Shown piece by piece: positions 47,631 through 57,735 of a DNA stretch of 64,000 nucleotides (position 1 is its first letter; each line of letters begins with the position of its first letter). Location: the IMG/VR virus record IMGVR_UViG_2923649072_000003, positions 21,280 to 85,279 of that record; one strand, written 5' to 3'. This stretch comes from a virus. Taxonomy: Duplodnaviria > Caudoviricetes. A model generated the notes under the pieces. The model did not search any database and had not been told where the DNA came from. It saw only the letters and a list, made by a program, of their open reading frames with translations. The translations under genes were made by a program, and so were the position numbers.

Positions 47631-47810
47631 TCACGCCTCCTTCGCCGGGACCATCGCGAGCGCCCCGGAGTCGACAAGGGCCTGCTCGTGCTCGGTCAGG
47701 ATGATCGTTGCCTTCTCCCCGGGCGCGATCACGCGGCCCGTGGAAAGGTCCCTCGGGACCGTGCTGACGTTGATGACCTCGGTCAGGACCGGGCCTCTCG
47801 GTGATGCCAC
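47631..47810 (-). CDS. Small virion-associated protein (not in the ORF track)
   Basis: GAGGAG RBS; VINVSTVPRDLSTGRVIAPGE; fills the gap exactly. Confidence 0.6.
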   Translation of the reverse strand: MASPRGPVLTEVINVSTVPRDLSTGRVIAPGEKATIILTEHEQALVDSGALAMVPAKEA

Positions 47811-48400
47811 TAGCTCTCCTCAAAATCCCGGTTCTGCACGGTGATCTGGTAGCGCTCCACGACGGGGCTGGGGCTCGCTGTGGCGTAGCCGTCTACGGCG
47901 GCGTCGACCGCGATCACGAACTGCACGGTGGCTGCCCAGACGGAAACGCCCGGGTTCCAGTTGATCTCCTCAATGCGCTCGTCAACCCATCGAGTCGACG
48001 ACGCCAGCCCATTCAGTCCCGCGTGCTGCAAGACGCATGCGCGGACGGCCGCCGCGTAGACCTCAGCCAGGGCCTTCGCCTCGTCGGCGGAGCGAGCGGA
48101 CACAGCAACGCCGGCGGCTGCGTCCCAGGACATCTCGTAGAGGCCGTCCGAATGCTTGACCGGCTGCCCCTGGATCCCCGGGACGACCGCGACACCCAGC
48201 GGCCGATCGCCCATGTCCTCGGGGTCGACGGTCGCGCCGTACCCGAGCGGCGGGAGAACCGTCGCCGGGGCGAAACCGGATCGGACCGCGAGCACCTCGA
48301 CGACCTGCCCGAGGTGCTCGAGCAGCACGGCCTTCAGTGCGTTGCACACGATGCCCGCAGTGATGACCTGCCCGAACGGTCCCTGCTGGGGGAGTGCCAT
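47810..48400 (-). CDS. Tail terminator or completion protein
   Basis: Position before the sheath. Confidence 0.6.
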   Translation of the reverse strand: MALPQQGPFGQVITAGIVCNALKAVLLEHLGQVVEVLAVRSGFAPATVLPPLGYGATVDPEDMGDRPLGVAVVPGIQGQPVKHSDGLYEMSWDAAAGVAVSARSADEAKALAEVYAAAVRACVLQHAGLNGLASSTRWVDERIEEINWNPGVSVWAATVQFVIAVDAAVDGYATASPSPVVERYQITVQNRDFEES

Positions 48401-48401
48401 G

Positions 48402-48848
48402 TCAGCTCTTCATCCACTCATCGATCGTCTGCGCGAACTGCTTCTTCATGCGCCGCGACAGCACGATCACCGGCCGGTCACGTCGACCTTCGCCGCCCTG
48501 CTGGTAGATGGCCTGGTCGAGACTCGACCCGAAAATGACCGAGGATGAGGTTGTCCGGTAGACCGACCCGGGAGCACCGCGGCTGGTCAGCGAGCGATAC
48601 AGCGCGCCCGTGGCCCGGAGAGTGCGCGGATCCTGCCCGCGCGCGATCTTCCGCCGCGAGGTGGCTGGGAGGATCGGCCGCCAGTGACCGTAACCGCGCG
48701 TGTCGAAACGGGATCGCTCAGCCCCGAGGAACCCAGCATAGAGGCGCTCCCACAGCGGGCCAGGGTTCGCGGCCTTGTCTCCAAGGTCATCGAAGCGCGC
48801 CTCGACTCGACCGACGCCATCGACGCCCATCCGCAGCTCGAGCGTCAT
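48402..48848 (-). CDS. Neck or virion morphogenesis protein
   Basis: RFDTRG..W.P...L.ATGALYRSL...AIYQQ.G...RP. Confidence 0.7.
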   Translation of the reverse strand: MTLELRMGVDGVGRVEARFDDLGDKAANPGPLWERLYAGFLGAERSRFDTRGYGHWRPILPATSRRKIARGQDPRTLRATGALYRSLTSRGAPGSVYRTTSSSVIFGSSLDQAIYQQGGEGRRDRPVIVLSRRMKKQFAQTIDEWMKS

Positions 48849-49264
48849 ACGGGACTCCACTTGCGAGAGGCGCCGCCCGAAGCCGCGTTACGGGCCGCAG
48901 TGATCGCGTCGACACCGGACGACCCGGCGAACAGTGATTGGACCGAAAGGATGGCCTCCGTGTGATGCCATCCGCCCGAAGAGCGGGGCCACTTCTTCGC
49001 GACCCCGATGACCTCAAGGGTCATCCCGTCGTACTCGACCCGGTCAGTGGGCAGGAGGTCCAGGATGCCCCGCCGGTGCAGAACCCACTCGGCTGCTGTG
49101 GAGATGCCAGTCGCACCTTCGGTCTCGGCGGTGACGCGCGGCTGCACGTTGCACTGGCCGTAGGGAGTGCGGACGGCGTTTCCCCAGTCGCGTTGGGCTG
49201 CGGCGCTTCCGGACTCTTCGACGAGCGCGGGGGCGCGTACGACGACGATCGACTGCCGAAACAT
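48845..49264 (-). CDS. Head-closure (stopper) protein
   Basis: CNVQP...DRVEYDG..LEVIG...HHTE. Confidence 0.75.
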   Translation of the reverse strand: MFRQSIVVVRAPALVEESGSAAAQRDWGNAVRTPYGQCNVQPRVTAETEGATGISTAAEWVLHRRGILDLLPTDRVEYDGMTLEVIGVAKKWPRSSGGWHHTEAILSVQSLFAGSSGVDAITAARNAASGGASRKWSPV

Positions 49265-49902
49265 CAGCCCGGGCCTGGCACGATCGAGAAGGCACCTGAC
49301 TGCAGGAGACCGAGGTCCCTGAGTGCGGCTTTCAGCGCCGTCGTGCTTGCGGCGCCCGACCCGACGGACTCGATCGCCCACACGGACGTCATCTGCCCGA
49401 CCGTCTCCGACCGCAGCCCCTGCGGGTTGATCATGATGGACTGGACGGCATCCAGAAGGACGCCCTTCAGCCCGGCCGGCACCTCGCGATACCCGTGTGA
49501 ATAGGTGACCAACACCCGCTCACCCCAGAACGGCAGACCCGACCAGCCGGCACCCCAGGACGAGGAACCCGCCATCGACGAGCGCATCAGCACGTCACCG
49601 CGGCGGAACCAGCCGTTGTCCGGGCTCACCCCGTACGGCAGGCCGCCCCACCCGATCTCTTGCACGGTGATCGGATGATCGTCGTCCACGAAAACGGGTC
49701 CGGGCAGGCGTAACTCTCGAGATCCGCCACCACGCAGCTCGATCGTGTCGTGCTCAACGAAGTCGAGCACTCCCGGAGGCAACAGTCCGGCGATCCGGTC
49801 CGTGACCCGGTCGATAGCGGCCCGCGCCTCCGCCTCGTCCAGGCCCGGGTCCTGCAGTGCGGCACGCACGTCATCGACCGTCGCCAGGACGAGGGGAGGC
49901 AT
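49264..49902 (-). CDS. Head-to-tail adaptor
   Basis: LATVDDV...VTYSHGY.EVP...NPQGLRSETVG. Confidence 0.8.
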   Translation of the reverse strand: MPPLVLATVDDVRAALQDPGLDEAEARAAIDRVTDRIAGLLPPGVLDFVEHDTIELRGGGSRELRLPGPVFVDDDHPITVQEIGWGGLPYGVSPDNGWFRRGDVLMRSSMAGSSSWGAGWSGLPFWGERVLVTYSHGYREVPAGLKGVLLDAVQSIMINPQGLRSETVGQMTSVWAIESVGSGAASTTALKAALRDLGLLQSGAFSIVPGPG

Positions 49903-49907
49903 GGGAG

Positions 49908-50729
49908 TCAGTCCGCCAGCGCGGACAGGACCGTCGAGCGGGACTTGCCGTCACGCTCGGCCTGCAGCAGACGCTCGCGCTGCTCCGGATGGTCCTTCGC
50001 GTACTGGATCACCTGAGGGCCCGAATGCTCAGCCGGGTCGAACGCGGCCGGGGAGTCGACCTCGACACCCGCGGACTCAGCCCCGCCAGTCTGCTCGCCG
50101 TCAACGGCGGTGGCAGGCGTCGCGGCTCCCTCGATCAGCGGAGCCGACTGGGAGACCGTCGCGCCCGTGACGGGCTCGACCAGCACCGAGCTCTGCGCCT
50201 CCATCGGCACCACAACCACGCCGGCGCCGTCGGACGAGCCGTTCTCCGAGACGATGTTCGACCCGGACGGCTGACGGCCCTCGACCTGCGTGCGAGCCCG
50301 GACCGGATTCCCGGCGCCCGGGACGCCGACAGCATTCGGGTCAACCTCGACCGTCACGGGAACCGTCGTGGCCATCGCCGACCGGCCGTCCTGGGCGAGC
50401 TGCACCGGGTCCGGAGTGCCCGGCGGCAGGGACTCGTCAGGGGAGAAAGTCGCGGCGCCGGCCCGCTGCAGGGCGTTCTCGTACGACAGCGGGGACGTGT
50501 AAGCGTCCGCGGTCAGGACGGGATCGGTTCCGATCCCGGTCTGGTGGCCCGGGCCGGTCTCCCCCTCGGCCAGCGTCGGGCCGTCACCATGCGGCTCGAC
50601 GATCTCGCCGGCGTTCTGTTCGAGGTAGTTCGCGAGGTCGCCCTCAACGATCTGGCCAGCTTCGAGGTCGTGGAACGTGCAGGACGGAGAATGGTAGATG
50701 CGCGCGTCGCGCTTCACACGAACGGCCAC
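49908..50729 (-). CDS. Acidic head-associated protein
   Basis: Follows the capsid; low-complexity centre; C-terminal LQAERDGKSRSTVL. Confidence 0.6.
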   Translation of the reverse strand: MAVRVKRDARIYHSPSCTFHDLEAGQIVEGDLANYLEQNAGEIVEPHGDGPTLAEGETGPGHQTGIGTDPVLTADAYTSPLSYENALQRAGAATFSPDESLPPGTPDPVQLAQDGRSAMATTVPVTVEVDPNAVGVPGAGNPVRARTQVEGRQPSGSNIVSENGSSDGAGVVVVPMEAQSSVLVEPVTGATVSQSAPLIEGAATPATAVDGEQTGGAESAGVEVDSPAAFDPAEHSGPQVIQYAKDHPEQRERLLQAERDGKSRSTVLSALAD

Positions 50730-50767
50730 GATGGGCCTCCTTCAAGGATGCAAGACGAAAGTGCGGA

Positions 50768-50806
50768 CCCTGGCTCGCCGGACCAGGGAGAAACGGCGAG
50801 CCAGGG
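50768..50806 (-). terminator. Hairpin downstream of the major capsid gene
   Basis: 13-bp inverted repeat CCCTGGCTCGCCG. Confidence 0.65.
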
Positions 50807-50821
50807 GGCTGAGATGACGCC

Positions 50822-52192
50822 CTACGCGTGACGGATCAGGACGGCTCGCTTGTAGAGCGAGGTGTCGCCCGAGGCGTTCAGCAGGTCCGTCGGGACGCCG
50901 AAGCCACCCACAGTGGTCCACGATGTCGAGACCTGCTGCTGCAGACGGTCCTGCGGCGGGCGCACGATCAGGGCCACCTCCACGCCGGGGGACGGCTGCA
51001 CCATGCTGATGCTCGGCACGGACTCGACGCCCGTACCGCGCAGCAGCTCCGCGAGGCCCTGCAGCGGCGACCAGACCAGCGCGCCGCCACCGACCATCAG
51101 GCAGTTGTTCACGGGCAGCGTCCCGCCCGAGCCGCCCAGCGTCATCGGGGTCTCGTTGTTCACGACGAAATCGATGCCGTTGACCCGGCCGAAAGACCGC
51201 TCACGCCAGACCGGGGACTCGGCCAGGCCCTGCGTTGCCTGCTTCCAGTCCGGGTCGAGCCACAGCTCATTGATGGTGTCCTCGGTGACGAAGGCGGTGT
51301 AGCCACCGTTGATCCGGGGGACGTTCATCTTCGCGAGCCTGGTCGCAGCGGCCCGGAACAGGGTCAGGGTCGCGATGTTGTTCGCGCCCAGGTCGTAGGC
51401 GTTCGTGCCCGTGGGCTGAACGACCTGAGGGGCGTTCGCGGCGATCACGGCCTGGCCGTTCGTCACAGTCACCGACGTGCCGAGAGTCAGAGTGCCCGGT
51501 CCCGACGCGGTGGACGTGCCGGTGACGGTGTTTGCGACGCCGTTCACCGTGACGGTCAGCGGGTTGCCCGCGCTGACCGCGGTCAGCCGGCCGTTCACCG
51601 AAGTGAAGCCGAAGCCCTGGGTGTTGGCGACGGCGATGGTGGTCGACGTAGCGCCCGCCGTCACGTGAGTGCGTCCACCGGAGTACGGTGCCCACAGCGC
51701 GTTCCGGGCGGCCTGCGACATCGACTGCGCCGCGTGCACACCGAGCTGCTCGACGTCCTCGACATACTTGGAGCCCAGCGCGACCGCCGAGGCCAGCATG
51801 TTCGTGTCGATCGAGCGGCCCCACTGATCCAGGGTCGCGGTCCACTGCTCGAGGCTGTACGACGCGGCGGTGACGTCCGACCCGGGGGTGATCGGCGTCG
51901 GCGTCGGCGTCATCAGACCCTTACGGGTCCAGATCTTCTCGTCGCCGATGTTCCCGACCCACGGCTCAGTGTCCGCGATCGTCGGGAAGATCCACTCAGG
52001 GGTCAGTGCGTCACGGAAAACACGCTGCAGCAGCCCCTTCTGAACGATGCCCTGGATCGCGGCAGGCAGGGCCGACGCGATGTCGTGCGCGTTCAGGCGC
52101 ATCTGCACCTTGCCGTCGCGCGCGACATCGCGAAGCTTGATCGAACCGTGCCGCCCGGTGTGGCGGCCCGTCCGGGCGGTCATGGTGGTCAT
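50822..52192 (-). CDS. Major capsid protein
   Basis: Position after scaffold and protease; RPPQDRLQQQVSTSW near the C-terminus; GAGGAG RBS at MTTMT. Confidence 0.8.
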   Translation of the reverse strand: MTTMTARTGRHTGRHGSIKLRDVARDGKVQMRLNAHDIASALPAAIQGIVQKGLLQRVFRDALTPEWIFPTIADTEPWVGNIGDEKIWTRKGLMTPTPTPITPGSDVTAASYSLEQWTATLDQWGRSIDTNMLASAVALGSKYVEDVEQLGVHAAQSMSQAARNALWAPYSGGRTHVTAGATSTTIAVANTQGFGFTSVNGRLTAVSAGNPLTVTVNGVANTVTGTSTASGPGTLTLGTSVTVTNGQAVIAANAPQVVQPTGTNAYDLGANNIATLTLFRAAATRLAKMNVPRINGGYTAFVTEDTINELWLDPDWKQATQGLAESPVWRERSFGRVNGIDFVVNNETPMTLGGSGGTLPVNNCLMVGGGALVWSPLQGLAELLRGTGVESVPSISMVQPSPGVEVALIVRPPQDRLQQQVSTSWTTVGGFGVPTDLLNASGDTSLYKRAVLIRHA

Positions 52193-52193
52193 G

Positions 52194-52394
52194 TCACTCC
52201 TCAGTGAGGTTGATGGACACGAGGTCCGGGTACTCCTCAGCCACCGCAAGGAGACCGAGGGTTGCGGTGCGGGTGATCGCGGTGACAGCAGCGCAGACGC
52301 GCCCCTCATCACCGACCTGGCCCGGCCCGCGTTCGTGGCCGGTGACCTCGATGTGCGTAACCCCTTCGCGGAGAAGCGCATGAATCGCGATCAT
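52194..52394 (-). CDS. Minimal Prp-like (DUF464) cysteine protease
   Basis: IEVTGHE...VCAAVTA His/Cys dyad signature. Confidence 0.75.
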   Translation of the reverse strand: MIAIHALLREGVTHIEVTGHERGPGQVGDEGRVCAAVTAITRTATLGLLAVAEEYPDLVSINLTEE

Positions 52395-53158
52395 CGGCGG
52401 CGGCGGATACCCATCGAGGCAAGCTCGTCGTTCACCTCGTCGTCCGACGCCTTCATGAAGTCCTTCGGGCGCGGCCCCGGCTGATTGCCTTGACTGGGAT
52501 CCGGGGCGGGCTTCGGCGGGGCAGGCGGTGTAGCAGGCGCCGGGGCGGCCTTCTTCAGCAGCGGCTTCGCCTCGAGCAGATCGGCGACCGCCTTCTCGAT
52601 GGCGTCCGTGTCGACGCCGCCGTCCGTCAGGTACACGTCGAGGTTCCGGGACAGCAGGTCGACGACGATGCTGGGGTCCGCAGCCTCGGCCTGAATCGCA
52701 GCCGACCGCAGATCCGAAGACACTGCGCGGCGATTGGCCTTCAGCTCGCGCTCCGCCGCACGCTCTGCCGCGGCCTGAGCCTTCTCGAGCTCAGATTTCT
52801 TCGCGTCCTCGAACTCTTGAACCTTCTTCTCTGCTGCCTCGCGAGCGGCCTTGGCCTCTCGGGCCTCCCGCTCGGCGGCCTTGCGGGCCTCCCGCTCGGT
52901 GGTCAGAGCCTTCTGGCCGGCGTCCCCGAGGTTGCCGTCATCGGCAGGCTTTCGGGGCTCCGGGACCGGCTTGCTTTCCGGCTCCTTCGCGGGAGCTGGG
53001 GCCGCCAGCTTCGACCCGGCGGGATTGGGGACCGGTGTCGATTCGGGATCTCCGGTGGTCTCCGGGGCGGAGTCGGTGTCGTGTGCGGTCAGCTGCATCC
53101 GGATCGGATGCGACCTCAGCGCGCGGCTCTTGAGGTGGATCAGGGCGGTGGGGGCCAT
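52391..53158 (-). CDS. Capsid scaffolding protein
   Basis: LGDAGQKAL..EREARK...KSELEK coiled coil; DPSQG; GAGGAG RBS. Confidence 0.85.
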   Translation of the reverse strand: MAPTALIHLKSRALRSHPIRMQLTAHDTDSAPETTGDPESTPVPNPAGSKLAAPAPAKEPESKPVPEPRKPADDGNLGDAGQKALTTEREARKAAEREAREAKAAREAAEKKVQEFEDAKKSELEKAQAAAERAAERELKANRRAVSSDLRSAAIQAEAADPSIVVDLLSRNLDVYLTDGGVDTDAIEKAVADLLEAKPLLKKAAPAPATPPAPPKPAPDPSQGNQPGPRPKDFMKASDDEVNDELASMGIRRRR

Positions 53159-53255
53159 CGCGGCTCTCCTCGCATGGTGAACACCGGGCCGCATCGCGCG
53201 CACCCGGTTCGGTGAGGTGGTGCACCCGCCCGCACATCGCGTGCAGGCAGGGGAA

Positions 53256-54767
53256 TCAGGCAGCGGGCAGGATCAGCCCGGAATTGGGCGCCTCAGGGGC
53301 AGCAGGGGTTGCCGCGAGCCGGGCTCGCCGGGCATCCTCTTCGGCCTCCTGCGCGAGCTCAGCCTTCATTCGGGCCTGCTGCGCCGCCGAGTAGCCGAGG
53401 TCATCCCACGCCTGCCGCTGCGAAATCGTCCGGTCGGCGCGCTTCTTGACCACGGCGTCCGCGGCCTGAGCCACGGTCGGAGTGCCAGCGTCCCGCCACT
53501 TCGTTTCCATGGCCGACGCACCCTCAGGCAGACGCCCGTCGCGGATGAGCAGCGCGATCCTCAGCACCTGCTCGTAGGACTCACCGAACATCCGCTGCTT
53601 CCGCTCAACCCGCGTCACCAGCCGGGACTCACCGGAGCGAATCGCGTCAGCAGAGCTTGGATTGTCGGCCCGGGATCCCATGTAGTGCGCGGGCAGTCCA
53701 GCGATCGACGCCGTCAGATCCGCCAGCAGCCGGATCGTCTCGTGAAAGTTGCTGAGCTGCGCCTCGGGGAACTGGCCGAACTTCACGTCCTTGTCGCTGT
53801 TCGCCCACAGTCGGCCGATGATCCGAGACAGGGCCGATTTCTGATTGCCGGAGCGGTCAACGAAGTCAGATGCATCCACGCCCGTAGCCCAACGGCGAGG
53901 CAGAGCATGAAACTCGGCGCCCGACATCATGTCCGTGGCGATCTTGCACGCCGCATCCGACAACGGAAGGATCGGAGACAGCTCCGACATGCCCAAAGTC
54001 TTCGATGCGACCGAACCCCGCAGACTCGGTTCGCGGCGGCCAGAGCCAGTACGGGGTCGGTTGATCAGAGGAACGACGTTCACCACGCCGAGCTTGTGCT
54101 CGTCGTAGCCCGGCGAGTTGTGATCGTCGATCACCCAGCCACCCGGACGTGAGTTCGTCGCCGCGCGGTGTACGAGGTACGTCGTCGCGTTGCGCGTGTA
54201 CAGGGTCACGTGACTCTCGTCCTGGCCCTGATCCCCGACGCCCGTCCACCACTTCGCCGCCGAAGACACCCGTCGCGTACGAGGATCCAGGATGCAGTGC
54301 ATCGCCAGCGGCGACTCCACCGTGATCAGCGGAACCTCAACACCGACCCCGGACGACGGATCCAGGTCAGCCGCGGTCCGCTGCCCCACGATCATGAAGC
54401 TGCGGCGCATCACCAACGCATCAACCTGGGCCTGATGAGAGCTCAGGTCCAGGCCGTTGCCCTGCCAGATGCTCCACAGATCCTCGCTGTACGCGCCGTC
54501 GCCCAGCTGGAACCCGTCGACATTCAGGCGGTCCTCGACGCTGCTCGTCACCAGGTCCGGCCAATGCAGCACCACCTGCTGCAGACGGTCACCCAGCTCC
54601 ATGATCAGCTCGGGGGCCATGTACGACAGCGGCTGTTCGCCGTTGTAATGGTCATCCAGCAGAGCCAACTCGAGCAGCTCATCCAAGTGAGCCGCGTCGA
54701 GCTGACGCACCAGAGGCATCGCATCGTCAAGAATTCGAGACTCGACCGGGAGAGTGACCAGCGACAA
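53256..54767 (-). CDS. Portal protein (SPP1 gp6-like)
   Basis: HYNGEQ, VEDRLNVDGF, GMSEL, PRRWATG, NPSSADAI, WRDAGTPT. Confidence 0.92.
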   Translation of the reverse strand: MSLVTLPVESRILDDAMPLVRQLDAAHLDELLELALLDDHYNGEQPLSYMAPELIMELGDRLQQVVLHWPDLVTSSVEDRLNVDGFQLGDGAYSEDLWSIWQGNGLDLSSHQAQVDALVMRRSFMIVGQRTAADLDPSSGVGVEVPLITVESPLAMHCILDPRTRRVSSAAKWWTGVGDQGQDESHVTLYTRNATTYLVHRAATNSRPGGWVIDDHNSPGYDEHKLGVVNVVPLINRPRTGSGRREPSLRGSVASKTLGMSELSPILPLSDAACKIATDMMSGAEFHALPRRWATGVDASDFVDRSGNQKSALSRIIGRLWANSDKDVKFGQFPEAQLSNFHETIRLLADLTASIAGLPAHYMGSRADNPSSADAIRSGESRLVTRVERKQRMFGESYEQVLRIALLIRDGRLPEGASAMETKWRDAGTPTVAQAADAVVKKRADRTISQRQAWDDLGYSAAQQARMKAELAQEAEEDARRARLAATPAAPEAPNSGLILPAA

Positions 54768-54780
54768 CAGGCACCTCCGG

Positions 54781-56424
54781 TCACATCACGATGGTCTTCG
54801 ACTTCCGAACCAGCTGCGTCGGTTTCCAGCCGGCAGCGAGCGCATCGGCCCGGGCCTCATAAGCGAGCGCGGCACCGACCGTCGAGTCGATCTTCCGGTC
54901 CGAGTGCTCGTTCTCCTTACGGACCAGCCGCAGCTTGCCCCGCATCCGCACGTACGTGTTCCCGAAGTGCTCACTCATCAGCGAGTCACCCGAGTGCAGA
55001 ACTTCTTCCTTGACCAGATCAGTGCGCAGGCGCTCAAGCGCCGCGGCCATCTGCACATCTCGCGAGGTCGCCCAGAGAATGACCCGCTTCTCGCCGAACT
55101 CCGAGGCGATCGACTCCAAGTCGGTGCGCCATTCGTGCGGGTCTCCGTACATGCGGACGATCTCGTAGCGACCAAAGGCCGCGCGCATCGCGCCGAGCAC
55201 CTCGGACCGAGGAACCTCCCACCAGGCACCCTCAAGGCCTTCGGGCTTCTCCCAGATCCCGATCGGAAAGATGAACCCGTCCGACATGCGCGACCCGATC
55301 AGGACCGTCGAGTCGTCGTTCAGGCTGCCGTCAAACCCCACCGTGAGCGCGGTGCCCGGTTCTAGCGCCTCGAAACCAGGCTTCGGCTCTAGCAGGTCGG
55401 CCGACGGCGACACCCACAACGCGAGCGCCTGCCGCTCGATGATGTCCGTGCCCAGCCACACGTCCTTCCCCGACATTGGCCGGTTCAGGAAGTAGCGGAC
55501 TGCAGTCGCGACATCCGGGCAGATCCGCGTGTCGTGCATGTCCCGGAACTTGCGGTCCATGTCGATCCGCGACGCCGCAGCACCATAAACCTGCCGCAGC
55601 TGGGCCTTCGTGTGCTTCTCGTCCTTGAGGTCGATGCGGCCCTTCGCCTCACGGTGATTCACGAACACCGCCGGCGAGAGCGTCTTCTTCCGCCAGGCCG
55701 TCAGGGTCGCCTCGAAAACCGACTGCTCACCAGGCTTGTAAGCGGTCGACGTCTGGTGAATCCACGGGTCCGCGTCGAAGCGCTTCCCGAGGTTACGGGC
55801 GATCGTCGCGTACATCTCGCGGAGCTCAGCCGTGACGTACAGGTGCGTCTCATCGAACACCACGTGCGACTCGAGGCCGCCGTCCTTCGACGCCGCACCC
55901 GAGGTCGAGGCCCTGATCTCACCACCGTGCGGCAAGTAGATCGCCGAAGCTGACTGGTACTGCCGGGTGCCCGTCGCGCCGGCATAGATCTCGGGGAAGT
56001 TGTCCTTACCCCACTCGCCCGCGATGAAAGCGATCGTCTTGAAAGTGTTCCCGGCCTGGCCTTCTTCCGTGGCCATGCACTTGATCAGCGGCGAGACCAC
56101 GGGCCGGGCTACCGGCTGCCCCTCAGCGTTCCATCCGTCGAACCGCACCGGGAAAAACGCCTCAGCGACCGCAACCCACGCGGCGATCTCCGACTTCGCC
56201 CGACCCTTAGGCCGAGACAAGACAGCCTCGTTGAACACCCGACGCCCCGTGAACGGGTCAATCCGGTAGCACTCGACGATATGGTCAGCCATCTCGTCGT
56301 CGACCTGCGCAGGCCGGCCCTGAATATCGCCCTCGCCGTGGCACATGAACGCCTCAATGGCGTCGATGACCTCGTAACCGACCGAGCAGGCATGCCCCTC
56401 GAACTGCGGCCCAGCCCAAGGCAC
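54781..56424 (-). CDS. terL: Terminase large subunit
   Basis: RPKGRAKSE Walker A, VFDETH Walker B, GFDGS..DDST, RKID nuclease motifs. Confidence 0.95.
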   Translation of the reverse strand: MPWAGPQFEGHACSVGYEVIDAIEAFMCHGEGDIQGRPAQVDDEMADHIVECYRIDPFTGRRVFNEAVLSRPKGRAKSEIAAWVAVAEAFFPVRFDGWNAEGQPVARPVVSPLIKCMATEEGQAGNTFKTIAFIAGEWGKDNFPEIYAGATGTRQYQSASAIYLPHGGEIRASTSGAASKDGGLESHVVFDETHLYVTAELREMYATIARNLGKRFDADPWIHQTSTAYKPGEQSVFEATLTAWRKKTLSPAVFVNHREAKGRIDLKDEKHTKAQLRQVYGAAASRIDMDRKFRDMHDTRICPDVATAVRYFLNRPMSGKDVWLGTDIIERQALALWVSPSADLLEPKPGFEALEPGTALTVGFDGSLNDDSTVLIGSRMSDGFIFPIGIWEKPEGLEGAWWEVPRSEVLGAMRAAFGRYEIVRMYGDPHEWRTDLESIASEFGEKRVILWATSRDVQMAAALERLRTDLVKEEVLHSGDSLMSEHFGNTYVRMRGKLRLVRKENEHSDRKIDSTVGAALAYEARADALAAGWKPTQLVRKSKTIVM

Positions 56425-56441
56425 CCGGACCTACCCGAGAC

Positions 56442-56888
56442 TCAAGCGCCGCGAGCGCGAGCGCGATCCAGTGCAGTCACCGTCGCACGCCCAGACCCGG
56501 CACCCTTCGGCTGATGCGCGCCCCGAGGCGTACCGCGACGCTGAGGCACATTCCCAACCTCATCCGGCAGCCTCAACGCCGCCAGCAACTGCTTCAGCAA
56601 GTTCTGCTGCTGCCGCGCCTCACCCAACGCGCTCGACACCACCAACAGCAACGCGTCACCGTCATCACGCGGAAGCTCCACGCGCGCCCACGTCTCCACA
56701 TCGCCCGAAAGCAGCTCGTCGAGCTTCTCCAGGCGATCCGCGCAACGGCATGCCTCAAGCAGAATCTCAACCTCGGCCGGCTTGCCGCGCATGTCCACGC
56801 CACCCGTAACCGCCACCCACAGCGCGGCACCACGACGGCCCAGACGAGCCGGCACATCCATCAGGAAGCCAGCAGGAGCTTCAGTCAT
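56442..56888 (-). CDS. Terminase small subunit
   Basis: LGRRGAALW...LLEACRCADRLEKL...EARQQ..LKQLLAALRLPD; directly upstream of TerL. Confidence 0.8.
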   Translation of the reverse strand: MTEAPAGFLMDVPARLGRRGAALWVAVTGGVDMRGKPAEVEILLEACRCADRLEKLDELLSGDVETWARVELPRDDGDALLLVVSSALGEARQQQNLLKQLLAALRLPDEVGNVPQRRGTPRGAHQPKGAGSGRATVTALDRARARGA

Positions 56889-56949
56889 CACAACCCCCTC
56901 CGCGGCATCGCGCCACGAACGAGACCCGACAGGCATCGCGCCCACCAGG

Positions 56950-57119
56950 CAGACAGTTGAACAGGAAACATTTCAGGTGCTCTGGACCGCGAGCTACCTA
57001 GCCGACGGTGCCCCGAGGGGTGGGGGGAGTGGGGACATCCCCCCTGGGTTCCTCGGGCGCCGGTCTGCGTTGGCGACCAGGGAGCGCGGGTTCAGTCCGG
57101 CGCCCGAGGAGTCTGAGTG
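56950..57119. other. Candidate cos/packaging region
   Basis: Non-coding gap between HNH and terS with G and C runs; strand composition inverts across it. Confidence 0.45.
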
Positions 57120-57512
57120 TTATGCGGCGTTCCATCCGCCGGGTTGTGCGTGCCCGGTGTGGGATGAGTGGCATGGGTGGCAGAGCGGCCGTCCGTGTCG
57201 CGGGTCGTCGGGGTTGAGCTTGGAGTCGACGAGTTCGCGGCGGGAGAGCGGCCAGTGGTCGGCGACGGTGGCCTTTAGGGTGCAGGGTCCGACGTGCCTG
57301 TTGGTTGGTGCGGTGCAGCCTTCGCAGGCGCACATGCCGCCGTTCTTCTTCAGCACGGCGGCGCGGAAATCGTTGCGGTGTCTGCGTCCGTAGCCGCGTT
57401 GTGTGGCGTTGCCGCGGGCCATGTCTGCTGCGGCCTTGCAGTCGGGGCAGCGGCCGGATCCTTGGAAGACGTTGGGGCAGCCGGGCTTGGAGCAGACGGA
57501 CCAGCGGGCCAT
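57120..57512 (-). CDS. HNH endonuclease (terminase-associated)
   Basis: CSKPGCP, ATQRGYG, ATVADH, GRPLCHPCHSSHT. Confidence 0.88.
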   Translation of the reverse strand: MARWSVCSKPGCPNVFQGSGRCPDCKAAADMARGNATQRGYGRRHRNDFRAAVLKKNGGMCACEGCTAPTNRHVGPCTLKATVADHWPLSRRELVDSKLNPDDPRHGRPLCHPCHSSHTGHAQPGGWNAA

Positions 57513-57514
57513 GG

Positions 57515-57613
57515 TCAGACGGCTGGCTGCGAGTGCTGAAACAGCAGCAGCCCGACAGTGAGCATGGCGATCGAGAGCAGGCAACAGACGACGAATGCTT
57601 GCCCGCGTTCCAT
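57515..57613 (-). CDS. Tiny single-TM protein
   Basis: MERGQAFVVCCLLSIAMLTVGLLLF; TGATG coupling. Confidence 0.4.
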   Translation of the reverse strand: MERGQAFVVCCLLSIAMLTVGLLLFQHSQPAV

Positions 57614-57735
57614 CAGGCCTTCCACGTGTAGTACGCGCCGATGATGGCGACAGCCCAGATGGGCGCGGAGATCAGCAGTCCCAGCACGAGGCCACGGAAG
57701 AACCGCGGCTCGCGAGACCGCGGATCGGCGTCCAC
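57613..57735 (-). CDS. Tiny single-TM protein
   Basis: FFRGLVLGLLISAPIWAVAII; overlaps the holin stop. Confidence 0.5.
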   Translation of the reverse strand: MDADPRSREPRFFRGLVLGLLISAPIWAVAIIGAYYTWKA

